From Planctomycetota bacterium (GTDB lineage: Bacteria; Planctomycetota; SZUA-567; H5-PLA8), in NCBI GenBank assembly GCA_038227875.1, contig JBBRPR010000035.1, forward strand, positions 22,336 to 86,335: a stretch of DNA of 64,000 nucleotides, read 5' to 3'. Under the pieces are notes generated by a model. It worked only from the letters and a program-made list of their open reading frames with translations, was not told where the DNA came from and searched no databases. Shown here in pieces: positions 19,621 through 28,772 of the stretch; the first letter of the stretch is position 1; each line of letters opens with the position of its first letter. The position numbers were made by a program, and so were the translations under genes.

Positions 19621-20727
19621 TTACTCGTCGTCCTGAGGACGTTTTTTCGGCGCGGGCTTGGCGGCGACGGGGATCGGATTGGCGTCGACCTTCGGCGCGC
19701 CGTCGCCGACCGTCACCGTCACTTTCTTCCGCGCCGAGCGGTGTTCGACATCGGTGGCTTCGACGGTCAGCGCGAACGCCCCGGCTTTAGTGGGCGTGCC
19801 GCAGAGGTTGCCGTCGGCCGTTCCGATCAAGCCGGCGGGAAGGTCGGTGAACTTCCAGAGGTACGGCCCGAGCCCGCTCTTCGCTTTGAACGGGACTTTC
19901 AGTTCCTTGTTCAACGCCGCGTCGAAATTGGTCGTCGTGATTTCGACGTTGAATTCCGGCTTCTTGCCCAGCGGCTGAAGTTGCTCGACCTTGATGCTGT
20001 CGGGATTCTTCGGCGCGGTGGCGGCGTAGTACAGGTTGAGCGTTGGTGCGTTCTCCGACTCCTTGCTGAAGAACCGCGCGTAGGCTTCGCTGCCGTCTTC
20101 GAGCGTCAGCAGCATGCCGTAGTTGGGATACTGTTTGTTCTGCCAGCCTTGGACCAGCGGCGTGACGTCGATGTCGAGGTGCTGGCTTTTTCCCTGCTCA
20201 CGCCCCAGCCGCCGCGCGCAGCTCACCACCGGTTCGAAGTCGCCGCCGAGATTGCTCCACGGTTCGCCCTCCGCCGCCAGACCCCACGACGCTGAGCTCT
20301 CCGAAAACGGACGCAGCAACCGCTGGATGCGCAGCGCGGGTTTGACCTTGTTCGGCCAGATCTCGTCGGCTTCCAGATGGAGCATCGCGGTGGTGCAGGG
20401 CGTCTTCGCTTCTTTCTTCAGTTCGAAGTAGATGAGAATGCGATGCGCGTCGCCGGACTTTGCCTGCAGGTCCATCGTGCCCCGCGCGCCTTCGCCCGGC
20501 CATTGAGCCGCCGCGTTGGCGGAGTAGATCGTAACGTCCTGCGTCGGCTTGAGGACGATTGGGTCGTCAACCGCACCCGCGGCGAGGCAGCTCAGCAGAA
20601 GCGCTGTGCAGAAAACGGAATTGTGGTGCAGGCGTCCCGCCTGCAAATACCTTGCATGAAGCCTTTCCACGCGATCCGTGTTCAAGGAATCTGCAGGCGG
20701 GACGCCTGCACCACAATTAATCGCCAT
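19621..20727 (-). CDS. Secreted DNRLRE(CBM96)-like plus Ig-like domain protein
   Basis: DIDVTPLVQGW...NYGMLL...FFSKE...PTLNLYY; LPAGL...GTPTKAG Ig repeat. SD GAAAGG before ATG 20727. Confidence 0.75.
   Translation of the reverse strand: MAINCGAGVPPADSLNTDRVERLHARYLQAGRLHHNSVFCTALLLSCLAAGAVDDPIVLKPTQDVTIYSANAAAQWPGEGARGTMDLQAKSGDAHRILIYFELKKEAKTPCTTAMLHLEADEIWPNKVKPALRIQRLLRPFSESSASWGLAAEGEPWSNLGGDFEPVVSCARRLGREQGKSQHLDIDVTPLVQGWQNKQYPNYGMLLTLEDGSEAYARFFSKESENAPTLNLYYAATAPKNPDSIKVEQLQPLGKKPEFNVEITTTNFDAALNKELKVPFKAKSGLGPYLWKFTDLPAGLIGTADGNLCGTPTKAGAFALTVEATDVEHRSARKKVTVTVGDGAPKVDANPIPVAAKPAPKKRPQDDE
20619..20718. mobile_element. REPIN-like 100-bp hairpin inserted in coding sequence
   Basis: Perfect 27-bp inverted repeat 20619-20645 / 20692-20718. 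Each arm is GTGG followed by the palindrome TGCAGGCG-TCC-CGCCTGCA. Confidence 0.8.
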
Positions 20728-20950
20728 GGCTGGCACCTTTCTAAAAGCAGTTTTGAGTGTTGAGTTTTAGTTTTGAGTTACTGCTGCGAGAGAACGTAGC
20801 GGTGATATTTGAGGGAACAATAGCGGGGTGCGAAGGTGTGCCATCTGCGGGACGAAACGGCCGAACGGACAGTCATCGTGTCCGTTCGGCGTTGCATTGG
20901 TGGTTTTTAACCCTGGCACAAATTTGTCCTGGGGTCTTATCGTCTAGATA

Positions 20951-23431
20951 TCACTCCTCGATCTGATACGTCACGTCTTTGCTACAGACGACGATCTTGC
21001 CGCCGAGGGCAAGGACCGAGGCGAGACTCGCATCGCCCTTGATCAGCGCGAAGTACTCGGGGCTGAAGAGCTTCACGACAGTCATCTTCGCATCACTCTT
21101 GGCGATCGAATCGACCCAGACTCCGCCGCGGTTATAGAAGGTGCGGGATCCGACCTGCTTGACTTGGGCGGCCTGCGCCTGAGCCATTTGCTCGCCGGCC
21201 TTTTCATCGCTTTCTTCGACCGAACCTCCGCCCGAGGCAGCTCTCTTTGCATCGGCGCGCATCGCGGCGCCCATCGAGCGGTTCATTTCCTTCCCGGCCA
21301 TTTGCTTGGACTTGTCATCAGAGTCCATCTTGAAGCCATTGGTTGAAGGCGTCGAGCTTTCGGCATCCTTCAGTCCCTTCTCCACCGTCGCCAGCGCTAC
21401 GGCGACATCGCCGGTCTGCATGGTCTGCGCACGCTCGCGGATGGCGCCGGCGCCGTCGGCGATTTTCTTCATCTGTTCACTGTTCCGGGAGAGGGCTTCT
21501 TCCGCCTTCATGGGCGCCACAGCCGCCGGTGTATTCGTCGCGCCGAAGGTGTCGTCAGTGCGGGGATCGCGCGGCGCCAGGCGCCGGTCAGGAACAGGCT
21601 GGCCCTGGCCGGGTTCGACCACCAGCTGGCTGGTATAGGGCGTCACGATGCCGTGGCGCTGAGCCAGCGCGACGAGCTCACTGACGATCTCGGTGTTGTT
21701 GCCGTGCAGGCGCAGGTCTTCCATCAGGTGGCCGATCTTGCGCATCGCCCAGACGCGGGGCAGGTACGCGTTGTCGACTTCGCGCGAGGGCCAGTTCACA
21801 TCGAGGTGGATCTGCTTCTGTTCACCGGCGACATTGCCGCTGAGCGTGATGTGGCCGGGGCCGGAGCCCTTGAAGCGGCCGACGAGCAGGAATTCGGTGC
21901 CGCGGTAGAGCGCGTTGAGCTTGCGCGGGTAGATGCTGCTGGCCTTGCCGCCATCGCCGTAGTCGACGGTGACTTCGGTCATGAACGGGTTGCGGATCTT
22001 GTTGTAGAAGTCGCTGACCTTCACTTCGATGTCTTCGCGCGGGGCGACATAGGTCGTCGCGCCGTCGTTGCTGTTGGCGAGGATGTCCATGAAGTGCGTA
22101 TTGACGTCGTTGCCGACGCCGAAGTTGATGAAGCGGATCTTGTTCTTCTTGTTCGCGTTCTGCACCGTCTGCAGGATTGAATCCGGATCGGTGGTACCGA
22201 CCGTGGGCAGACCGTCGGTCATGAAGACGATCATCTTCGTGGTCGCGCCGCCGTCGGTGAAGTCGTTGGCGAACGCCGCGCGCAGCGCGCCGTCGATGTT
22301 GGTGCCGCCGGTAGCTTCGAGCTGATCAACATTGGTGACGGCCTTCTTGATGTTCTCCTTGGTCGCGGGCAGCAGGTTGTTGGCGAAGACCGAGACGTCC
22401 GTCGAGAAGGAGATGAAGTTAAAGCGGTCCTGTTCCTTCAAGGAGTTGAGGCAAAACTTGATCGCGTTGCGCGCTTGGTCCATTTTCTCGCCCTGCATCG
22501 AGCCGGAGATGTCGAGGACGAAGACGATTTCCTTGGGGATGATCTTGGCGTTCACCAGCTGGCTGTCAGCGCGACCGACGAGCATGAAGTAACCGTCTTC
22601 GCCGTCGCTGCCACGATGAGTCAGCAGCTTCATCGCGACGTCGTTGGTGGCCGGAGCGAAGAGCAGGCGGAAATCCTGGTCGGAGGTGATGTTCGTCCCC
22701 GTGAGCTTGATCGAAGCCGTGTTCTCATCGGGGCGGTCGACCTGGACCTTGTGCGACGGGCTGTAGACCGGACCGATGGCGCTCTTGGAATGGATCTGCA
22801 CGTCCAGGTTGAAGTTCTCGACGCCGTGCTGGTAGAGCGCCGAGCCGGCGAGAATGTGGCGGAGATCGTAGAGGCCGCCGTCGAGGGTCAGCACCTGCGT
22901 GTAGCTGAATTTAAATTTCTTCTCTTCGTTGGGCGCGACGGGGAAGATGCGCGCTTCGTACATGTTCTCGCCGGCGAAGCGGAGCAGCGACGGGTCCTTG
23001 CGGCGGACGACGATCGATTCGTAGATGCTCTGCGCTTCCGTGGCGTTGTGGAGCTGTCCTTCGATCATCGTGCCATTCATGGAAAGGGACGAGGCGTTGA
23101 CGGAGGCGCCGTTGGGCAGCGGGATCATCACGCGCACTTCCAGATTCTGGCCGCTCAAGTTCTGGAAACTCTGCTCCATTGTGGTCGTCGCGACGTTCTC
23201 GTCGATGCGGACGTGGACGGTCGAGGCGACGATGCGGAAGGGCAGGTTCGTCTGCGGCGGTATGAACGGGCGGTGGCGGACGTCGTCGATGGGTGGCGGC
23301 GGCATCGGAAGCATGACTTCGTTGTTGAGGACCGGCATCAAGACCGCCTGAGCGTTGGCCCGTTCGGTAACGACGATGGCCATCGTGGTGATCAGGATCA
23401 GGAGCAGGAGTTGGAAGCGTCCCATTTTCAT
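20951..23431 (-). CDS. Secreted VIT plus VWA domain protein (inter-alpha-trypsin-inhibitor-like)
   Basis: N-terminal VIT; MIDAS DISGSM ... GGTNI ... MTDG; IVTPYTS. SD AAAGGA. Confidence 0.9.
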   Translation of the reverse strand: MKMGRFQLLLLILITTMAIVVTERANAQAVLMPVLNNEVMLPMPPPPIDDVRHRPFIPPQTNLPFRIVASTVHVRIDENVATTTMEQSFQNLSGQNLEVRVMIPLPNGASVNASSLSMNGTMIEGQLHNATEAQSIYESIVVRRKDPSLLRFAGENMYEARIFPVAPNEEKKFKFSYTQVLTLDGGLYDLRHILAGSALYQHGVENFNLDVQIHSKSAIGPVYSPSHKVQVDRPDENTASIKLTGTNITSDQDFRLLFAPATNDVAMKLLTHRGSDGEDGYFMLVGRADSQLVNAKIIPKEIVFVLDISGSMQGEKMDQARNAIKFCLNSLKEQDRFNFISFSTDVSVFANNLLPATKENIKKAVTNVDQLEATGGTNIDGALRAAFANDFTDGGATTKMIVFMTDGLPTVGTTDPDSILQTVQNANKKNKIRFINFGVGNDVNTHFMDILANSNDGATTYVAPREDIEVKVSDFYNKIRNPFMTEVTVDYGDGGKASSIYPRKLNALYRGTEFLLVGRFKGSGPGHITLSGNVAGEQKQIHLDVNWPSREVDNAYLPRVWAMRKIGHLMEDLRLHGNNTEIVSELVALAQRHGIVTPYTSQLVVEPGQGQPVPDRRLAPRDPRTDDTFGATNTPAAVAPMKAEEALSRNSEQMKKIADGAGAIRERAQTMQTGDVAVALATVEKGLKDAESSTPSTNGFKMDSDDKSKQMAGKEMNRSMGAAMRADAKRAASGGGSVEESDEKAGEQMAQAQAAQVKQVGSRTFYNRGGVWVDSIAKSDAKMTVVKLFSPEYFALIKGDASLASVLALGGKIVVCSKDVTYQIEE

Positions 23432-23902
23432 GATGGTGATTCCTTTCAATAAGCGCTGCACGCCAGTGTTCAGGCTTTGGACTGGCGAGAGGCGTCGGGG
23501 TTTCGGGGATTCCGGATATTTCCGAGGAGGTGAGCCGTAAACCTGGGATGGGCTGTCCGGTTAAATCGGAAGAACGGCTCCGATTGCACGGTGCAATGTT
23601 ACGGAATGTTACAAGAGTCGGGGCCTCCTGCATGGATGCCCGGTGTGCGTGGCGGGAACGGGACTATGGAAGGACGATTGGACTTGTACCGCGAGTAGCA
23701 GCATGTGTATGTCTCTTGGAATTTTGTAGAGGGCTTGTTAGCAGGCGCGAAGTGCCGCTGGCGGTTTCGGGGGGTGATTCGGGAATCTGTCCGGCAAACT
23801 TAGCCCCTGCCCTTTTCAAGGGGGGAGAATGGGCCGAGTGAGCTTCCGTGTTCTCGGGACGTTTCTTGGCGGAGTCGACTCGCCGACACCCTCGCGGGAA
23901 CG

Positions 23903-23936
23903 AAAAAACGCGCCGCTACATGCGACGCGTTTTTTT
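23903..23936. terminator. Bidirectional-type intrinsic terminator
   Basis: AAAAAACGCGCCGC-TACAT-GCGACGCGTTTTTTT. Confidence 0.75.
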
Positions 23937-23975
23937 CGGAATTCGACGTTCGACTTTCGACTTTCGACTTTCGGT

Positions 23976-24284
23976 TCAGCCGAACAATTGCGAATCGTCG
24001 ATGGGTGAGAAATTGTCTTTCACGTCCTTGAGCAGGTGCTGAACGTAGGCCATCCACTTGCCTTGGCGGAAGAGGGTCGGTGTGCCGCCGGCGACGGTTT
24101 TTAGCACCGTTTCGCGGCCATTGTTGAATTTCAGCGTGACGGTCAGCACGTCGAGACCCGTGTCGAAGACGATTGAGATTTTTTCGTCGTCGTAGACGTA
24201 GGCACCACTTTTCTTGTCGCCGTTGACTCCGTCGCGGTGTGTACCCAGCAGCGTGGCCACCGTCTTGGATTCTTCAATCGCCAT
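23976..24284 (-). CDS. Small hypothetical protein (102 aa)
   Basis: SD AAGGAG, typical codon usage, followed by a terminator. Confidence 0.75.
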   Translation of the reverse strand: MAIEESKTVATLLGTHRDGVNGDKKSGAYVYDDEKISIVFDTGLDVLTVTLKFNNGRETVLKTVAGGTPTLFRQGKWMAYVQHLLKDVKDNFSPIDDSQLFG

Positions 24285-24513
24285 ACCGTCTCCTTGGTCG
24301 AAGGCCTGTCTCTGGGGATATAGTGCTTAGACTATGTCAGATTCTTCCTGCAGAAGCAATAGCGCAGCGGCGCGCAGCGCGCTGACGCGCGAGGGGCCAG
24401 GGGCCAGGGGTCAGAGGTGGGCGTGAGTTAGGGGGCTGAGTGTGTGTTGAGCGCGGTCAGAGCTAGAACGCAGAAGGCAGAAGGCAGAAGGCAGAAGGCA
24501 GAAGTGCCGTTCT

Positions 24514-25557
24514 TCAGCGCTGGTAGATCGGCAGGTAGCGGTACGGGACGCCCAGCATCAGGCAGCAGATACCGGTGCTCCAGCAGCCGTAACCGAGCGG
24601 AAATTGGCCGCGGTTGGCGCCGGACTTGGCCTGCTTGCTGATGATGTCGCGGGAGACGTCGGGATACCACTTCTTCCAGTATTCCAGGAACTTGCCGCCC
24701 TGGCCACCGGCGCGGTACATCGCCACGATGCCGTAGTAGTGGCCGTAGGCGAACCAGGGGCTGCCGACGTCTTCCTTGCGTTCGCGGGCTTTGACGAGGT
24801 AATCGAGCGGGTCTTTGAGCGCGGAGGCTTTGTAATCGCCGCAGAGCAGCAGACTGGCGCAGCCGGCCGCGGTGGTCGACCACGTGCGGCCGCCGCCGGA
24901 GTACGAGAAGCCAGAGAGGCCTTCGCCGTCCTTGGGCGTGCGCAGCGTTTCGATCAGCGTCAGCGCGCGGTCGATGGTTTCCTTCGGTACGGCGATTCCG
25001 GCGTCCTTCGCGGCGCGCAACGCCATCACCTGCATCACGACGACGGACAAATCGTACGAGGGCATGCCGGGCTGATAGTGCCAGCCGCCGGCGTTATTCT
25101 GGCTGCGGATGATCAGATCGACGGCTTTCTTCAGAGCGGTGGCGATGCGTTTGTCGCGGGTCTGGCCCCAGGCTTCGGAAAGACAGATCGTGGCCAGGCC
25201 GTGGTGGTACATTGAACCGTCTCTGCCTTTGAACAGGAAGCCGGACGCCTGCTGGCAGCTGATGATGTATTCGACGGCCTTGGAAACGTTTTTACCGTAC
25301 TGTCCTTCGCCGGGCAGATTGCCGGCGACCATCCACGCCATGCAGCCGGCGGCGACAATGCCGGTCGTGTTGCCCATTTCGCCGCCGAAGGAGCCGTCGG
25401 CGCGCTGGTTGTTGGCGAGGTACTGCATGCCCTGTTCGATTGCGGCTTTGCCTTCGCGCGAGAGTTCCACTTCACCGTAGTTGGCGGCTTGAGCGCGGAA
25501 GGAAAGAACTACAACAAGGGTGGCACACAACAGTGAGACTGCGAGTTTGCGTAGCAT
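24514..25557 (-). CDS. Secreted prenyltransferase/squalene-oxidase repeat protein
   Basis: QW-like repeats YLANNQRADGSF, YIISCQQASG, LIIRSQNNAGGWHY; signal peptide. Confidence 0.88.
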   Translation of the reverse strand: MLRKLAVSLLCATLVVVLSFRAQAANYGEVELSREGKAAIEQGMQYLANNQRADGSFGGEMGNTTGIVAAGCMAWMVAGNLPGEGQYGKNVSKAVEYIISCQQASGFLFKGRDGSMYHHGLATICLSEAWGQTRDKRIATALKKAVDLIIRSQNNAGGWHYQPGMPSYDLSVVVMQVMALRAAKDAGIAVPKETIDRALTLIETLRTPKDGEGLSGFSYSGGGRTWSTTAAGCASLLLCGDYKASALKDPLDYLVKARERKEDVGSPWFAYGHYYGIVAMYRAGGQGGKFLEYWKKWYPDVSRDIISKQAKSGANRGQFPLGYGCWSTGICCLMLGVPYRYLPIYQR

Positions 25558-25654
25558 CGTGAGCGGTTCCTGGGCATGGCCAACCAGCGGGCGGGTACGC
25601 CCGCGCTTTTTTCAGGTCTGCAGCGCGCCGCTCCTGTGAGCGGCGCGGTGATGT

Positions 25655-28462
25655 TCAGTTCTCGGCCTTCGCGCCGGCCAGATTTTCGTAGTAGAGCTTG
25701 ATCTGCTTGGCGTACTTCGCGGGCATCTTGTTCTTGATCGCCTGTTCGACGTCGGCGCGGTCCTTGGGAGGCAGCGCGACATTCCAGGCGTCGTTGCCGG
25801 CGACCTTGTTCTGGTCGTAGGCGAACTTGCCCATCGGACCTTCGCCCTTCTTCTGGCCCTTGGATTCCTTGGCGGCCTTCGAGGCCTTCGATTCCTGTTT
25901 GGATTCCTGCGCCTGCTGCTGGGATTGTTGCGCCTGCTGCATCGCAGCCATGGCCTGCGCCTGCGCCTGCTGCGCCTGCTGTTTCTGGCCCTGCTGCATG
26001 GCCTGCGCGGCCTGCTGCATGGCCTGGGCGGCCTGCTGCATCTGCTGCTGCGCTTCCTTGGACATCTGCTGGTTCTGCGCTTCGGCCTTGGCCATGTCGG
26101 CCATCGCCTGCTGCTGCGCGGCATCCTGCTGCATCTGCTGCGCGTCGTCGCGGGCCGTCTGCTGCTGCATCTGAGCTTCCTGCGCCTGCATGTCCTGCAT
26201 CATCTGCGAAGGATCCGTCTGCTGCGCCTGCTGCTGCATGGCCTGCTGCAGGGATTCCATGGCCTGCTTCTGCGAGGCCTCGGCTTTCTGCTTGTCGCCC
26301 GCCTGCATCTGCTGGGCGGCCTGCTTCATCTGCTGAGCGGCCTGCTGCATGGCCTGCTGCGCCTGAGGGGACATCTGCTGGTTTTCCGACTGCTGTTGTG
26401 CCTGATCAGCGAGCTGCTGCTGCTGGGACGCGTCCTGTTGCATCTGCTGCTGGGTATCCTGTTCGGTCTTCTGTTCCATCGCGCCTTCCTGCGCGGCCAG
26501 CTTCTCCATGTTTTCCATGGCCTGGTTCTGCGCGGCCTGCGGATCGGCGGCCTGCTGCTGCTTCTGCTGCGCTTCCTGCAGCTTTTCCATCGCCTGCTGC
26601 TGGGCCTGTTCGGCCTTGGGTTTGTCGCCCTGCTGCATGGCCTGCGAGGCTTCCTGCATTTTCTGGCTGGCCTGATCGAGCGCCTGGCGCGTTTCCGGGG
26701 CCATCGCCTGCATCTGCGATTCGGCCTTGGCCTGGTCGGCCAGCTGCTGCTGCTTGTCGGCGTCCTGCTTCATCTGCTCCGGGCTTTCCTGCTTGGTCTG
26801 GTCGGCCGTCTGCTGTTCCTGCTGCTGGAGCTTGTCGAGCATCTGCTGCATGGCCTGCTGAGCCGACTGCGGATCAGCCTGATTGAGCTTGTCCAAGGCC
26901 TGCGATTCGGCCTTGCGCAGTTCTTGCAGCGCCTGCTTCTGTTCCTGCTTGGCTTCGTCGGGCTTCTGGTTGGCCAGGTCCTGCGCGGCCTTGTCCATCG
27001 CCTGCTGGGCATTGTCGACGGCCTGCTTTTCGTCCTTGTCCTGCTGTTTCTGCTTGTCGGTGGCGGCCGGGTCTTCAGGCTGCTGCTTCATCTGATCGGC
27101 CAGCTGCTTGGCGTCGTCGGCGAGCGCTTTTTCCGGCTTGGCCAGGCTCTGGGCTTCTTCGGGCTTGGTCTTGTCGGTGTCGGCCTTCACGTCCTGCTGC
27201 TTCTGGATCATGTTCTGAATCTTTTCCAGTTCAGCGGCCTTCTCCTGCCCCTTCTCCTGCTGGTTTTCGACCTGGGCGAGTTCGTTCTCTTTCTTCTTGA
27301 TCTCGTCGTTGAGTTTGTCGAGGACCGCCTGCTGATCCTTCTGCGCGTCCTTGGATTTGTCGTCGCCGAGCTTGTCCTGCGCGGCCTTGGACTTTTCTTC
27401 GGCTTGCGCCAGTTCCGGCGCGTCCTTCTTCATCTGGTCGAGGGCCTTGGTGACGTCGCCCTGATCCTTCATCGCGTCAGCAACGGCCTTGTCGTTCTTG
27501 TCGTCGAGCTTCTGGGTTTCGGCCAGCGCCTTCTCCTGCTTGTCCTTGGTCTCTTTCAGATCCTTGATGTTCTTTTCCAGTTCGGCGGCGCGGTCGCTGC
27601 GGTCGGCCAGCTGCTTGTCGGCCTCCTTCATCGCCTGCATCACGTCTTCTTCTTTTTGTTCGGCGGAGCGGAGCTTGTTTTCCGTCACGTCATCCTTGGC
27701 TTCATCGGCCTTCTTCTGGACTTCGGCCTTTTCGAGCTGCTGCAGCGCCTTCTGAATCTGTTCGGCGGCGTTCTTGTCGGTCGCTTCGGCGTTCTTGGCC
27801 TGCTCCTGCAGATCCTTGATCGCCTTCTTCAATTCGTCGGACGCTTCCTTCTGCTTGTCAGCGGCTTCCTGGAGCGCCTTGCGTTCTTCCTCGGTCAGCT
27901 TCTCGCGCGGCTTGCCTTCCAGCTTTTCGTGCTGCAGGCGCGTGTCCTTGGCCTTGTCGATCGCTTCCTTCTGCTTCTTGATCGCGTCGCCGAGTACCCG
28001 TTCGGTCATCGAGGACTGGACGTTGCGCTTGAGCGCCGACGTCACCGTCAACAGGTCCTTGATGATCGCATCGGAGCCGGACATGCCGTCGCGCAGGCCG
28101 CCCTTCAATTCCTTGTCGTCGGAACGCGCGCGGCGCAGGGCATCGGTGACAACCTGCACGCGCTTGGAGGAAATGTCGTCGAGCTTGTTGGTGGCATCGG
28201 AGAGGCCATCCTTGGCCTGCAATTCGACGCCGGCGTTCTGAGTCAGATCTTCAAGCAATTCGGTGATGTCGTCGGCGGACTTCTTGATGTTCTGGCCGAC
28301 ATGGGTCTGCTGGCTTTCCAGTGGCTTGATTTCATGCATTGCGGCGTCGGGCTTGGGGGTCGGGTCTTCAGACTGCGCGAAGGCGGGCGCGCCGAAAGTC
28401 AGCGCCGCTCCCAGCATTCCAGCGGCAACGGACTTCTGCAGAATCTTGTTGAACATGACCAT
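25655..28462 (-). CDS. Secreted long helical Gln-rich repeat protein (DUF4175-like)
   Basis: Signal peptide (PAFA|Q), ~110-aa helical repeats, conserved C-terminal P.KY...I..YY..L motif. Confidence 0.85.
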   Translation of the reverse strand: MVMFNKILQKSVAAGMLGAALTFGAPAFAQSEDPTPKPDAAMHEIKPLESQQTHVGQNIKKSADDITELLEDLTQNAGVELQAKDGLSDATNKLDDISSKRVQVVTDALRRARSDDKELKGGLRDGMSGSDAIIKDLLTVTSALKRNVQSSMTERVLGDAIKKQKEAIDKAKDTRLQHEKLEGKPREKLTEEERKALQEAADKQKEASDELKKAIKDLQEQAKNAEATDKNAAEQIQKALQQLEKAEVQKKADEAKDDVTENKLRSAEQKEEDVMQAMKEADKQLADRSDRAAELEKNIKDLKETKDKQEKALAETQKLDDKNDKAVADAMKDQGDVTKALDQMKKDAPELAQAEEKSKAAQDKLGDDKSKDAQKDQQAVLDKLNDEIKKKENELAQVENQQEKGQEKAAELEKIQNMIQKQQDVKADTDKTKPEEAQSLAKPEKALADDAKQLADQMKQQPEDPAATDKQKQQDKDEKQAVDNAQQAMDKAAQDLANQKPDEAKQEQKQALQELRKAESQALDKLNQADPQSAQQAMQQMLDKLQQQEQQTADQTKQESPEQMKQDADKQQQLADQAKAESQMQAMAPETRQALDQASQKMQEASQAMQQGDKPKAEQAQQQAMEKLQEAQQKQQQAADPQAAQNQAMENMEKLAAQEGAMEQKTEQDTQQQMQQDASQQQQLADQAQQQSENQQMSPQAQQAMQQAAQQMKQAAQQMQAGDKQKAEASQKQAMESLQQAMQQQAQQTDPSQMMQDMQAQEAQMQQQTARDDAQQMQQDAAQQQAMADMAKAEAQNQQMSKEAQQQMQQAAQAMQQAAQAMQQGQKQQAQQAQAQAMAAMQQAQQSQQQAQESKQESKASKAAKESKGQKKGEGPMGKFAYDQNKVAGNDAWNVALPPKDRADVEQAIKNKMPAKYAKQIKLYYENLAGAKAEN

Positions 28463-28772
28463 GCGAAAGGACTCCCCTCACGTCGATTTTGGACGTTCTG
28501 ACGTTTCTCAGCCGCGGTCTGCGACACAATTTACATAGGTGCAGAAGGACACAATGCGCCCTATGTTTTGATACACCAGATGGGACGGAGGCGGTCGAAG
28601 TTTCTTATGTTTCTTTTCTAAAATGGGCGCGAGAAGAAGAGGCGTCTCACTAATGGCCGGCACCTATGGTTTTTTGATGGCGAGTGGTCGCTGAAACGGC
28701 GTCAAGAAACCATGCTTTCGCCAGCATTATTGAAATAATGATAGCAGTATTTTGAAGGTTCTGAACTGTTCG

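Noticed and set aside
20914..20928. TGGCACAAATTTGT as a sigma54 promoter
   Set aside because: Spacing is one base short, there is no GC, and no suitably oriented gene follows.
24514..25557. Squalene-hopene cyclase
   Set aside because: Single short barrel with a signal peptide and no DXDD motif.
25925..28501. 858-aa Leu-rich plus-strand ORF
   Set aside because: Antisense shadow of CAG/AAG-rich codons in the Gln-rich gene.
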